From an uncultured Melioribacter sp. (GTDB lineage: Bacteria > Bacteroidota > Ignavibacteria > Ignavibacteriales > SURF-24), in assembly GCA_964537965.1 (NCBI GenBank), contig CAZIDB010000005.1, positions 1 to 45,289 of the forward strand: a stretch of DNA of 45,289 nucleotides, read 5' to 3'. The notes under the pieces are model-generated. The model searched no databases. It was given only the letters and a program-made list of their open reading frames with translations, and was not told where the DNA came from. This document shows, piece after piece, positions 1 through 10,240 of this stretch; position 1 is the stretch's first letter, and every line of letters starts with the position of its first letter. The position numbers were made by a program, and so were the translations under genes.

Positions 1-15
1 TTTATTGAAAGATTG

Positions 16-62
16 AAAAAGGAATTAAATGCTTCCTGACTTGTCGTGTTAATTCCTTTTTT
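16..62 (+). terminator. Rho-independent terminator-like hairpin (potentially bidirectional) upstream of hemW
   Basis: Perfect 13-bp inverted repeat AAAAAGGAATTAA (16-28) / TTAATTCCTTTTT (49-61) with a 20-nt loop. A T-run follows the stem on the + strand, and an A-run precedes it, giving a T-run on the - strand. Confidence 0.6.
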
Positions 63-98
63 ACGTTTTGAATAATACTTTTCCTGAAAGGAAATGCT

Positions 99-1229
99 TT
101 GAAAGAATCTGCTATTTACGTTCATATACCATTTTGTGATCATAAATGTATATACTGCGATTTTTACTCTATCGTTACTAAAGACAATGTTTCCAATTAT
201 CTCGGAACGCTTACAAAAGAAATAATTATTTACGCGAAAGAATTTTCTGAAGGAAGAGTTTACAAGTCAATATTTTTTGGTGGTGGAACTCCATCCCTGA
301 TGGAGCCGGATTACCTTAAAGATATTATCAGTTGCATTAAGAATTATTACACTGTTTCTGATGATGCAGAGGTAACGATTGAAACAAATCCCGGAACAGT
401 TGATAAAAACAAGCTCTCGGAATTTATCAAGTCAGGTTTTAACCGGATAAGTATTGGGGTGCAGTCATTTATTGATGAAGAATTAAAGTTTCTTACAAGA
501 ATTCATGATAAAGATTTAGCTATAAATACAATTGAAAATGCCGCTTCAGTTGGATTTGAAAATATCAATCTGGATTTAATTTTTAATCTTCCCGGCCAAT
601 CAGTTAAAAACTGGATGTATAACCTGGAGACGGCTGTTAAATTACCTGTTAAACATATTTCAGCTTACAGCCTTATCCTGGAACAGGGAACAATTCTAAA
701 TAAAATGGTTCTTGATGGCAGAATTGAATTGCAGGATTCCGATTACGATGCTGAGATTTATAACATTACTATGGAATTTTTGAATAAGAATGGTTTCATC
801 CAATATGAAGTTTCAAATTATGCCAAGCCCGGCTTTGAATGCAGACATAACAAGGCATACTGGCAATACAAAGATTATCTTTCATTCGGAACATCTGCTC
901 ACTCTTTTGTTAACGGAAAACGCTGGTGGAATTATTCAAGCCTCAAACAATATATCCACAATATTAATGATTTGGGAAAAGCAGTTGCTAATTTTGAAAT
1001 TCTTACTCAGAAGCAAATGCTTAATGAATATGTGATGCTTGCATTAAGAAGCGACGGTTTGAATCTGGTTAATTTGAAGGAAAGATTTGGAGAGGATTGG
1101 CTGAATTCTACGATGAGTACATTAAAAATGTTAGAGAGAAAAGGTCTGCTAATTTTTCAAAAGGATTTAATCCGGCTTACTCAAAAAGGTTATTCTTTAT
1201 GCGATAAAATTCTCGAGAAGATTTTATAA
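99..1229 (+). CDS. hemW: Radical SAM heme chaperone / oxygen-independent coproporphyrinogen-III oxidase-like protein HemW (YggW type)
   Basis: 376-aa ORF with a TTG start. HIPFC followed by CDHKCIYC (CxxxCxxC radical SAM cluster), a GGGTPS motif and a HemN_C-like C-terminal region. The length fits HemW rather than full-length HemN. Confidence 0.85.
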   Translation: MKESAIYVHIPFCDHKCIYCDFYSIVTKDNVSNYLGTLTKEIIIYAKEFSEGRVYKSIFFGGGTPSLMEPDYLKDIISCIKNYYTVSDDAEVTIETNPGTVDKNKLSEFIKSGFNRISIGVQSFIDEELKFLTRIHDKDLAINTIENAASVGFENINLDLIFNLPGQSVKNWMYNLETAVKLPVKHISAYSLILEQGTILNKMVLDGRIELQDSDYDAEIYNITMEFLNKNGFIQYEVSNYAKPGFECRHNKAYWQYKDYLSFGTSAHSFVNGKRWWNYSSLKQYIHNINDLGKAVANFEILTQKQMLNEYVMLALRSDGLNLVNLKERFGEDWLNSTMSTLKMLERKGLLIFQKDLIRLTQKGYSLCDKILEKIL

Positions 1230-1268
1230 TTTGTTTTAGCCGTTTATTAACCTGTAAAGTACCAGCAA

Positions 1269-2651
1269 TTAAACCAGACCCTTTTCAGTTTTAGTATTGG
1301 AAATATCTCTTATAAATCCTTCAAATCCAACGGCTTTATGAGAAGAATTATATACTTTATGGATGTTAACAGAGCACAAAATTATGCCGTTTGATTTTGT
1401 AATAAGCTCGAATTCAAAATTATCCAGGCGTTCAACTTTTTCAAGCATTCCCATTGCCTTACTCCAGAGCTCCGGATTTGTACAGAATTCATAAACCTTT
1501 TTCCCAAGTACTTCTTCTTTTTTATAACCTGTAATTTTTTCTAAAGATGGGCTTACTAAAATTAATGTTCCTTCCGAATCAATTTTATAATAAACGTCCC
1601 GGATATTTTCAAAAATAAGTTTGTATGTTTCTTCGTTTCTGTCAATTACTGTTTCAGCATCTTTGCGTTGTTGGATTTCAACCATGAGTTGTAATTTCTG
1701 CGAGAAAAAATTTATAATTAACTGCGAGAGTTTTCCGAATTCATCTTTCTTTTTTGTAAGAGTTCTTAATGAAGCCGGGTTCTGTTCTTCTAATGCACCA
1801 AGAATAATATTGAGTTGCCTGACAATATACCTGCTTAAAAATACATACGTGCATAAAAGAATAATTATTGAAAATACAATAAGAACAATCATCTGTTCAC
1901 GGTATGATTCGCTTGACTTTTTTAGTATCTGAAAATAACTATTGGAAATAATATCCATGACAGGTTTGCCATCGAATCCATTGAGAGGTTTTATAATTAT
2001 TGTTCTGAAATCCTGATGCTGATTTTCAGTATCAGTATTTAAAGTGTGTTTATTAAGCTCAACAATTGAAGCGGACTGCAGGCTAAGTTCATGTAATATC
2101 TGGTCATTCCATCGTCTTGTAACAAAGAAAAATCCCTTTGGTTTGGTCTTTCGCTCAGAATCTTCGGAAGGTTGTATTGGCGCATAATGAATTTCGAAAA
2201 GATAATTGTCTATCATAATGAAAAAATTTGATATCCAGTTTCTGTCTGTTATTTCTTTAACTTCACTTTTAGACAGTGGAAAACTTTCAAGTGATTTCAG
2301 GTTCAGGTTATTTATGGAATATACCTGGTTAAGTTGTTCATCCATTACCCATACAGCGTTTGCATTAAAGGTTGGCAAAGATTCTTCTATATTCACTTTT
2401 GCCCATATTGTATTCGGTGTTTTTACGAACTCAACCATTTCACCCCATACGCTGTAATCCTGTGAAAAAATTTCAAGCGCTTTCGAAGATGACTGGAGTG
2501 ACCTGTTAAATGATTGTAATTTTTCGTTTCTTCTTTCTTGCAGGATATCCGCTGTCTTTTGCCTTTCAACTAGTGTGAGGACAAAAAAAACTATAAAGAA
2601 AATCCCCGTTAAAGTTATCATAAAAATAAATGCTTTTACCTGTAATTTCAT
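1269..2651 (-). CDS. Membrane sensor protein: TM, CHASE4-like extracytoplasmic domain, TM, coiled coil, single PAS; no output domain
   Basis: 460-aa ORF. N-terminal TM (FIFMITLTGIFFIVFFVLTLV). Roughly 200-aa region with a CHASE4-like signature (DYSVWGEMVEFV...NANAVWVMDEQ). Second TM (MIVLIVFSIIILLCTYVFL). C-terminal PAS (YKLIFENIRDVYYKID...FIRDISN). No HisKA/HATPase, GGDEF, EAL or HD motifs. Confidence 0.7.
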   Translation of the reverse strand: MKLQVKAFIFMITLTGIFFIVFFVLTLVERQKTADILQERRNEKLQSFNRSLQSSSKALEIFSQDYSVWGEMVEFVKTPNTIWAKVNIEESLPTFNANAVWVMDEQLNQVYSINNLNLKSLESFPLSKSEVKEITDRNWISNFFIMIDNYLFEIHYAPIQPSEDSERKTKPKGFFFVTRRWNDQILHELSLQSASIVELNKHTLNTDTENQHQDFRTIIIKPLNGFDGKPVMDIISNSYFQILKKSSESYREQMIVLIVFSIIILLCTYVFLSRYIVRQLNIILGALEEQNPASLRTLTKKKDEFGKLSQLIINFFSQKLQLMVEIQQRKDAETVIDRNEETYKLIFENIRDVYYKIDSEGTLILVSPSLEKITGYKKEEVLGKKVYEFCTNPELWSKAMGMLEKVERLDNFEFELITKSNGIILCSVNIHKVYNSSHKAVGFEGFIRDISNTKTEKGLV

Positions 2652-3373
2652 TTATAGCTTTACTCCGTTAGGTTACAATTACCTAATTGAAAATGTTTTT
2701 ACCGTAAATAAAGAAATGGAGGTCGTATATAAAATGAGGTTGATCATTGATTATTATTACTTCCAAGTATAAAGTTTTGTTAATAATTAAACATAACCTG
2801 TTGCCTTAAACCAAAATCCGGATTTGTGTCACTTTAAAAGAAGATCAGGTTGCTGAACAAATTTACAGCAAGAAAATAGTTATAAAATCAAATAAACTCC
2901 AAATTAATTCTCGGCTTTGTTTAAGAAATCTTTTATTTTTCAAAAGTAAAAATTCGATTGAATTTGCACGAATTATAATGTACTTTACTCAAAATTATTC
3001 CCGGGAAATTATGCGTTTGAGGTATCAAATGATCAAAACACTATGTCTCCAGGATTTAACTTTGCAAACCGGAACAAATAAAAAAAGAGTTACATTAAAA
3101 TATTATTCTAGTCCATCAATTCTGGGCACATCTTATAAAAATTTTTTAGGAATAGGTTGAACATAAACAGCAGGTTTACTAAGTAAAAAAAGATTAATGA
3201 ATTTCTTAAGCTTTTCACAATCTGAACGCAACGTATAGTAATTTTGTCATGTGTTTGTTTTTTATTAATTGTTAAGAGTGATGATTTTTATATATTCAAA
3301 CATAAAATGAAAATGATGCTTTTATTTCAATATGAATATGGTTATAAGTAAGGGTTATACAAGGGAGTATTAA

Positions 3374-6300
3374 TTGAAGACTTTGAAAAATCTATTTCGC
3401 AATAAGAACCGGAAAGGGATTTCACTTATCTTTTTCTTCTCTGCCTTGTTGTGGATTTACTTATCAATTATGATGTCTTCACAGGATATTACTGATTCCC
3501 CGGTTTTCAAGAATATGTATTTCTGGAAGGATATTTTATTCCTTGTAATTCTTGCCCTGCTGTTCCTGCTTACGGTTATGCTGCGGACAGATCACACAGA
3601 ATACTTACAAATGCTGAAGCTGGATGGTAAGAACCAAACTACTGATGTTTTAGTGAACAATGCTCCGGTTGGCATTGCAGTTTTTAAGAATCAGAAAATT
3701 ATTTATATAAACTCAAGATTCGCATCAATGTTTGGGTATATGACAGTTGAGGAAATGTTAAGTGAAAGGATAGATAATATCTTTACTCAAACCGAGTCCG
3801 AAAAGGTACTGAAAATTATAAGGTCTTTAGAACAATTAGAACAGGAAGAAATTGAGTTCGAGTCTGTTTCAATAAATAAAACCGGTTTACAATTTCCTGT
3901 AAGCGTTACTCTTAAATCCAAAGAGTTAAATGATGAGAAAATAATTATCGGTTATTTCCAGGATATTTCAGACAGGGTACAGGCTGAAGAAGCTTATAAG
4001 TTGTTAAACTATGCTGTTAAAAGTATAAGTCAATGTGTAACTATAACAGATTTGAATAATCACCTGATTTTTGTAAACCAGGCGTTTACAAATCAATATG
4101 GTTATACCCGCGATGAGGTGGTCGGCAAACATATCAGTATTTTATTTGCCGATAAGACTCTTGATGATCGGGTTATAATAGAAGGAACCCTGCAGGGTAG
4201 CTGGAAAGGAGAAATTCTAAACCGCAAAAAAGACGGTAAAGTTTTTCCAATATATTTAACAACGGCAGTCGTCTATAATGAAAAAAATAATCCCATTGGG
4301 CTTATTGGCGTTAGTGATGATATAACGGAAAAGAAGAAAGCTGAAATTGTTTTAAGAGAGAGTGAAGAACGTTACCAGACCTTTATTAATACTCATAAGG
4401 ATTTAATCTTTATAAAAAACAATGAAGGCAGATATTTAGTTGTAAATAATCAGTTTGAAAAGTTCTTTGGAAAAGATAAAAGAGAATTCATAAATAAAAC
4501 CGATTATGACCTGTTTGACAAAGAAAAGGCAGACAACTTTTATCAATCGGACATAAAAACGCTTGCAACAAAATCAGTAATTGTAGAAGAACAGCTTTTT
4601 AATGATAAAATACTTGAAATAACAAAATTCCCGATGAAACTTCACGATGGTAAAATCGGGATTGGGGGAATGATTCATGACATTACGGTAAGAAAATCTG
4701 CCGAAGAACAACTTAAATATTCACTCTCTTTATTACAGGCAACTTTAGAATCTACTGTTGATGGAATACTTGTAACCGACAGCAAAGGCAAAATTACTCA
4801 TTATAATAAAAGATTTGTCGATATGTGGAGAATTCCCCAACACGTCATAGCAACGATGGATGATAATGTTGCGTTGGAATATGTTCATGAACAATTGGTC
4901 TCTCCTGAAAAATTCCATTCTGATGTAATGTCTCTGTATATTCAACAGGATAAGGTAAGTTCTGATGAATTGGAATTTAAAGACGGACGGATTTTCGAAC
5001 GATATTCCAAGCCTCAGATAATTGATGGTAAATGTGTCGGTCGCGTTTGGGATTTCCACGATGTGACTTCAGAAAGAATTGCCAAAGCAGAATTACAGAA
5101 TGTAAGTAATATGCAGGCTTTAATTCTTGACAACAGCGCTGTTGGAATTACTTATGTTAAGAACAGGATACAACAATGGGCTAACAGGCGAATGGCAGAA
5201 TTGTTCGGTTATGAGCAGAGTGAACTAAGCTCTATTCCTACCAGAGTTCTTTATAAAGACGATGATGAATATCGGAAAATAAGCGAAGAGGCTTATTCAA
5301 AGTTGCGGGAAAAGCGAAAAGTTGCACTTGAAATTGAAATGCGTAAAAAGGATAACTCCATTTTTATATGCAGAACAGAAGCAAAAGTATTAAATCCTGA
5401 CAACCCTGATGAAGGTTCTATCTGGATATTTGAAGATATTACAGAAAGTAAGCTGGCGGAAGGATCTATCCGGAGGAGCGAAGAAAGATTTCGTCATGTT
5501 ACTGAAAGCGCCGAGGAATGGATCTGGGAAGTAGATTTAAATGGCCTTTATACGTTCTCCAACCCTGTTGTTGAAAAAATACTGGGATACAAACCGGAAG
5601 AAATTGTTGGTAAAAGATATTTCTATGATTTCTTTCTGCCCGAATCAAGAGAATTTCTTAAAGACTTTACATTGAATATCTTTCAGCAAAAACAAACAAT
5701 AAGTAAACTTGAAAATCCGAACCTACATAAAAACGGAAGCATAGTATATCTTGAATCAAATGGTTTTCCTATTCTTGATGAAACAGGTAGACTTATCGGG
5801 TACCGCGGGGCAGATAAAGATATTACAGATCGTAAATTAATGGAAGACGGCTTACGAAAGAGCGAAAGAAAAATAAGGAGCATTTATTCTGCAGTTCCGG
5901 CCGGAATTGGTTTTGAAAACTATAAAAGATTTATTGAAGTGAATGATCACTTTTGTGAAATGGTAGGATATTCAAAAGATGAAATACTAGAAAAGGAAAC
6001 AAGAATTGTTTATCCCACGGATGCGGAGTATGATGCTGTAACTTATCTGTCGCATAAGTTACTTGAGGAAAAAGGAACATCTGAAATTGAAACAAGGTGG
6101 CAAAAAAAAGACGGCACCATTATAAAAGTTTTGCTTCGTCTTGAAACTCTTGAAGTTGGAAACACCTTTACAGGTATTGCATTTGCCGCACTTGATATTA
6201 CCGAACGAATCCGGTCTGAAGAAAAATTGAAACGCCGTGAAAGAGAATTCAGGATGATCTGGGAGAATTCTGTTGATGGTATGCGCCTTACCGATGAAAA

Positions 6301-8185
6301 TGGTACGGTTATTATGGTAAATGAATCATTCTGTAAACTTGTTGATATGAAAAAAGAAGATATAGAAGGAAAACCATTATCATATATCTATAAAAATGAA
6401 CGTCATAAACATATTGTTTTCCAGCACAAGAAAAGATTTGCTTCAAGGTCAGTGCCTACAAATATTGAAAAGAAATTTACTCTTTGGAATGGACAGGTAA
6501 AATGGCTGCATGTTTCCAATACATTTTTTGAATCGAGTGGGCATCGTTTATTATTACTTGCAGTATTTCGGGATATTACAAACCGAAAATATGCCGAGTT
6601 GGCTCTGAAAGAAAGTGAAGAACGTTTCCGCAGCCTTTACGAAAATGCGACAATCGGTTTATACAGAACTAAACCTGATGGGAAAATTATTTTATCCAAT
6701 GGCACTTTAGTTAAGATGCTCGGATATAATTCATTTGAAGAATTGGTTACAAGGAATGTTAAGGAAAGTGGTTATGTTGACCCTGAAAAACGAGAAGAGT
6801 TTAAAAGAATTCTTGAAAAAAGAAATGAAATAACCGGCTTCGAAACAGAATGGTACCGCAAAGACGGTTCCATTATTTATATTCGTGAAGGAGCAAGAGC
6901 TGTTAGAGATGACGCCGGTAATGTCATTTATTTCGATGGCACTGTTGAAGATATAACTGAACGCAAAAAAGCTGAAATAGCTCTACAGGAAAGCGAAGAA
7001 CGTTACAGAAAATTAGTTGCTTCTGTGCCAGACATTATTTTAAGAACAGATTTTAACGGGAATATTCTTTTTATTAATGATGAAATTTCTTTTATATCAC
7101 CAAAAATATCTGTTAATACCATACTTGGAAAAAATATGCTTTCCTTTGTAATTGATGAGGATAAAGAAACAGCTATTGAAAATATGAAACTGATGTTTGA
7201 GAAACCTCTCGGAATTAAAGAGTATAGAATTGAATTGGAAGACGGAACAAGATTTGTGTGTGAGCTTAACGGTGATGTTCTCCGTGATTCGGCAAATAAA
7301 CCAACAGGTATGGTGTTCGTTATGCGCGATATTACCAGGCGAAAAGAAATTGAAGCGGAACTTGAAACCTACCGCCTGCACCTGGAAGAATTAATTAAGA
7401 ACAGGACAAATGAACTGGAAACCGTTAATAAACTGCTTCAGGAGGAAATACTAAAACAAATTGAAGCTGAGAAAAAGGTTAAAGATGCTCTCGAAAAGGA
7501 AAGAGAACTTAACTACCTTAAAACAAAATTTATATCAATTGCATCGCACGAGTTCAGAACACCTCTTACTACAGTGCTTTCTTCAACCGAATTACTTGAA
7601 AGATACGGCAGAAACTGGGAGATTGAAAAGTATTATAAACAAACAGAAAGAATTAAAAAATCCGTTAACTATTTAACTCATCTTATGGATGATGTTCTGA
7701 TTATAAGCAGGGCGGATTCAGGTAAAACAGTTTTCGACCCTAAACCTGTGGAGTTTAAAAAGTTTTGCCAGAGTATTGTTGATGAAATGAAATTGATGCT
7801 TACCGAAAAACATGAATTTGAATTTACTTACAAAGTTGATAAAAATATCCTTTATGTTGATGAGAAACTTTTAAGACATATTCTGAACAATCTTTTATCC
7901 AACGCAATAAAATATTCTGTTAACGGCGGTAAAATATTTTTCGAAGTGCTATACTTACCTGATGTGCTTCAGTTTATTATTAGCGATTCCGGTATTGGAA
8001 TTCCGGATGAAGATCAGACAAATCTTTTTGAGCCGTTTAACAGGGGCAAAAACGTGAAAGATATCCATGGGACAGGATTAGGAATGTCAATTGTAAAACG
8101 CTCTGTTGATATGCATAAAGGATCTATTACATTTACAAGTAAGGTTGGACTTGGCACTACTTTTAACATAAAAATTCCAATTTAA
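3374..8185 (+). CDS. Multi-PAS (about ten PAS/PAC modules) membrane-anchored sensor histidine kinase
   Basis: 1603-aa ORF with a TTG start preceded by GGGAG. Two N-terminal TM segments. Repeated PAS modules are separated by (D/E)IT(E/D)RK...SEER(Y/F) linkers. H-box SHEFRTPL, N-box LNNLLSNAIKYS, G1 DSGIGIP, G2 GTGLGMSIV. Confidence 0.9.
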   Translation: MKTLKNLFRNKNRKGISLIFFFSALLWIYLSIMMSSQDITDSPVFKNMYFWKDILFLVILALLFLLTVMLRTDHTEYLQMLKLDGKNQTTDVLVNNAPVGIAVFKNQKIIYINSRFASMFGYMTVEEMLSERIDNIFTQTESEKVLKIIRSLEQLEQEEIEFESVSINKTGLQFPVSVTLKSKELNDEKIIIGYFQDISDRVQAEEAYKLLNYAVKSISQCVTITDLNNHLIFVNQAFTNQYGYTRDEVVGKHISILFADKTLDDRVIIEGTLQGSWKGEILNRKKDGKVFPIYLTTAVVYNEKNNPIGLIGVSDDITEKKKAEIVLRESEERYQTFINTHKDLIFIKNNEGRYLVVNNQFEKFFGKDKREFINKTDYDLFDKEKADNFYQSDIKTLATKSVIVEEQLFNDKILEITKFPMKLHDGKIGIGGMIHDITVRKSAEEQLKYSLSLLQATLESTVDGILVTDSKGKITHYNKRFVDMWRIPQHVIATMDDNVALEYVHEQLVSPEKFHSDVMSLYIQQDKVSSDELEFKDGRIFERYSKPQIIDGKCVGRVWDFHDVTSERIAKAELQNVSNMQALILDNSAVGITYVKNRIQQWANRRMAELFGYEQSELSSIPTRVLYKDDDEYRKISEEAYSKLREKRKVALEIEMRKKDNSIFICRTEAKVLNPDNPDEGSIWIFEDITESKLAEGSIRRSEERFRHVTESAEEWIWEVDLNGLYTFSNPVVEKILGYKPEEIVGKRYFYDFFLPESREFLKDFTLNIFQQKQTISKLENPNLHKNGSIVYLESNGFPILDETGRLIGYRGADKDITDRKLMEDGLRKSERKIRSIYSAVPAGIGFENYKRFIEVNDHFCEMVGYSKDEILEKETRIVYPTDAEYDAVTYLSHKLLEEKGTSEIETRWQKKDGTIIKVLLRLETLEVGNTFTGIAFAALDITERIRSEEKLKRREREFRMIWENSVDGMRLTDENGTVIMVNESFCKLVDMKKEDIEGKPLSYIYKNERHKHIVFQHKKRFASRSVPTNIEKKFTLWNGQVKWLHVSNTFFESSGHRLLLLAVFRDITNRKYAELALKESEERFRSLYENATIGLYRTKPDGKIILSNGTLVKMLGYNSFEELVTRNVKESGYVDPEKREEFKRILEKRNEITGFETEWYRKDGSIIYIREGARAVRDDAGNVIYFDGTVEDITERKKAEIALQESEERYRKLVASVPDIILRTDFNGNILFINDEISFISPKISVNTILGKNMLSFVIDEDKETAIENMKLMFEKPLGIKEYRIELEDGTRFVCELNGDVLRDSANKPTGMVFVMRDITRRKEIEAELETYRLHLEELIKNRTNELETVNKLLQEEILKQIEAEKKVKDALEKERELNYLKTKFISIASHEFRTPLTTVLSSTELLERYGRNWEIEKYYKQTERIKKSVNYLTHLMDDVLIISRADSGKTVFDPKPVEFKKFCQSIVDEMKLMLTEKHEFEFTYKVDKNILYVDEKLLRHILNNLLSNAIKYSVNGGKIFFEVLYLPDVLQFIISDSGIGIPDEDQTNLFEPFNRGKNVKDIHGTGLGMSIVKRSVDMHKGSITFTSKVGLGTTFNIKIPI

Positions 8186-8204
8186 TTATTAATGAGTTTA
8201 ACAA

Positions 8205-8987
8205 GTGAATAAAGAAAAAATACTTATTATTGAAGATGAAGGAGATATCAGGGATAACATCCGGATTCTTTTGGAATTGGAAAATTACGAAACTGCCGTG
8301 GCTATAAACGGTAAAGAAGGTATCCGGAAGGCTAAAGAATTTTTACCGGACCTGATTATATGCGATATTATGATGCCGGGAATTGATGGTTATGAAGTTC
8401 TTGACGAGTTAAGCAGAAATAAAAGAACCAGTTTGATTCCTTTTATATTTCTTACTGCTAAAGTTGAACTTAACGATTTAAGAAAGGGGATGTCATTAGG
8501 TGCGGACGATTATATTTTTAAACCTTTCAATACATCCGAACTTTTACAGGCAATAAGAACCAGGTTGAATAAATTCAGCAACCTTGTTGCTACAATTCTG
8601 GACGGTAAAGGAAATAATAATTACTCTTCTACGGATATTCAGAAAAAGGTTCTTAATGAGCGATTCTTTATTTCATATCATAATACTTCTGTTCCTGTTG
8701 CACTTAAGAAAATTAAATGTATTACAGCAGATAACCAGTACTCAAAGATTATATGTGATGAAAATAAAAATTACCTTATAAGAAAATCCCTTAATGAATG
8801 GGAAAAAATATTACCGTCAAATCAGTTTGTAAGGATTCACAGATCTACAATAATGAGCTGGAATCATATTGATAAAATTGAAAAACGCATTGAGGGCAAA
8901 TATTTTGTCTTACTTAAGGATTCAACATACGAATTCGAAATAAGCAGGAGATTTATAAAGAAGGTTAAACAGAACTACAACAAATAA
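8205..8987 (+). CDS. Two-component response regulator, REC + LytTR DNA-binding domain
   Basis: 260-aa ORF with a GTG start 20 nt after the kinase stop. REC motifs ILIIEDE and LIICDIMMPGIDG. The C-terminal LytTR signature is ...IKCITADNQYSKIICDENKNYLIRKSLNEWEKILPSNQFVRIHRSTIM. Confidence 0.85.
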   Translation: MNKEKILIIEDEGDIRDNIRILLELENYETAVAINGKEGIRKAKEFLPDLIICDIMMPGIDGYEVLDELSRNKRTSLIPFIFLTAKVELNDLRKGMSLGADDYIFKPFNTSELLQAIRTRLNKFSNLVATILDGKGNNNYSSTDIQKKVLNERFFISYHNTSVPVALKKIKCITADNQYSKIICDENKNYLIRKSLNEWEKILPSNQFVRIHRSTIMSWNHIDKIEKRIEGKYFVLLKDSTYEFEISRRFIKKVKQNYNK

Positions 8988-9000
8988 TTTTTTAGTGTAA

Positions 9001-9052
9001 CTAACCGCTTACAACAAAATTCCTGCTGTTTACAACTTTTTATTTCTATAAT
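9001..9052 (+). promoter_or_regulatory. Candidate LytTR-type operator/promoter module upstream of the REC-HK gene
   Basis: Direct repeats CCGCTTACAAC (9005-9015) and CTGTTTACAAC (9026-9036). The TTACAAC cores start at 9009 and 9030, exactly 21 bp apart. TATAAT lies at 9047-9052, 10 nt after the proximal repeat. The same architecture recurs at 10241-10293. Confidence 0.5.
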
Positions 9053-9102
9053 TTAACTAATGTAATAATATTAAAGTCTAGATTTTAGGGAATTGCGGTT
9101 TA

Positions 9103-10176
9103 ATGAAATCAATTTTAATAGTTGAAGATGATATTGAAATTCTTGAGAATCTTGAGATTCTTTTAGATGCCGAAGGCTTTAATGTTTATTCGGCAACAAA
9201 CGGGTTAGCTGCATTAGATAGACTTGAAACTGATCTGCCCGATCTCATCCTTTCCGATATTATGATGCCCTTTCTTGACGGGATTGAATTCTTCCGTAAA
9301 GTAAAAGAGAATAACAGAACAAAAACTATTCCCTTTATCTTTTTAACTGCAAAAAATGATTATGTCTCATTACGCCGGGGTATGAACCTTGGCGCAGATG
9401 ATTACATTTCAAAACCGTTCTCTACCGATGATCTTTTGCGCGCCATTAATATCCGGCTAGAAATAAGGAAAACAATAAATAAGCAGATTGAGGAAATGAA
9501 AGACAGCATCAGTAAGTTTTTACCCCATGAACTTAGAACCCCATTGGTTGCAATTATGGGTTATTCACAAATAATCCTCTCGGAAAATGATACAATTGAA
9601 AAAAAAGAAATCATGGATATGGTTGACCGGATTGATTATTCGGCTAAAAGATTATATAACAGAATAGAAAAGTTTATCCTTCATTCGGAATTAGATTCAT
9701 TAAACAGGAATGATATTCTTTTTGAAGATGATATTTGCCTTATAAATAATGAACTGATAAAAGAAGTCGCAGGCTTTCATCATTTACTTAGGGAAAGAAA
9801 TGGAAGTATTCAAACTGATATTGAGCCTGCAGTTGTGAAATTAAGCAGCCGGTTATTAAAAATTGTAATAACCGAACTGATGGAAAATGCCGTTAAGTTT
9901 TCCAGACAGGATAGTCCTGTAATAGTGATCGGGAAAAGAGATAATAATTTTTATTCGCTTAATTTTAAAGATTATGGTGTCGGGATGGACGATTCTCAGA
10001 TTCAGCGTATTATTCCTTTCCAAAAATCTTACGGGCTGTCAAACCAGCAGGAAGGTAACGGATTAGGGCTGGTTATTATTAAGAAAATATTAGAAGGAAT
10101 TAAAGGCGAAATAAATATTGAAAGCTCTAAAAACAGTTACACGAATATAACCGTAAAATTACCATTGGATTTATAG
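9103..10176 (+). CDS. Hybrid REC-histidine kinase (N-terminal receiver, HisKA, HATPase)
   Basis: 357-aa ORF. REC (ILIVEDD, LILSDIMMPFLDG) is clearly paralogous to the REC of the LytTR regulator (shared IPFIFLTAK...LGADDYI.KPF). H-box PHELRTPL, N-box ELMENAVKFS, G1 DYGVGM, G2 GNGLGLVIIKKI. Confidence 0.85.
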   Translation: MKSILIVEDDIEILENLEILLDAEGFNVYSATNGLAALDRLETDLPDLILSDIMMPFLDGIEFFRKVKENNRTKTIPFIFLTAKNDYVSLRRGMNLGADDYISKPFSTDDLLRAINIRLEIRKTINKQIEEMKDSISKFLPHELRTPLVAIMGYSQIILSENDTIEKKEIMDMVDRIDYSAKRLYNRIEKFILHSELDSLNRNDILFEDDICLINNELIKEVAGFHHLLRERNGSIQTDIEPAVVKLSSRLLKIVITELMENAVKFSRQDSPVIVIGKRDNNFYSLNFKDYGVGMDDSQIQRIIPFQKSYGLSNQQEGNGLGLVIIKKILEGIKGEINIESSKNSYTNITVKLPLDL

Positions 10177-10240
10177 AGTATTGGTTTTTATGGATGATAA
10201 AATCAAAAATAAATTGTGTCTTTCGATCTTAATTATTTAG

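Noticed and set aside
2673-2703. TTACAAT and TTTTACC sequences upstream of the CHASE4-PAS gene as a third LytTR-type site.
   Set aside because: The half-sites are poor matches and are spaced about 24 bp apart rather than 21 bp. The conserved flanks and the -10-like hexamer offset are absent.
2575-3160. 65-aa and 60-aa ORFs in the 722-bp divergent intergenic region between the CHASE4-PAS gene and the kinase.
   Set aside because: They have no ribosome-binding site and no recognisable motif. The first overlaps the start of the CHASE4-PAS gene. The region is more plausibly divergent promoter DNA.
4321-7010. DNA-level repeats such as AGTGAAGAACGTT(A/T)CC at 4361-4376, 6614-6629 and 6991-7006.
   Set aside because: They encode the conserved SEER(Y/F) inter-PAS linker of the kinase. 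They reflect domain duplication and protein constraint, not an independent DNA element.
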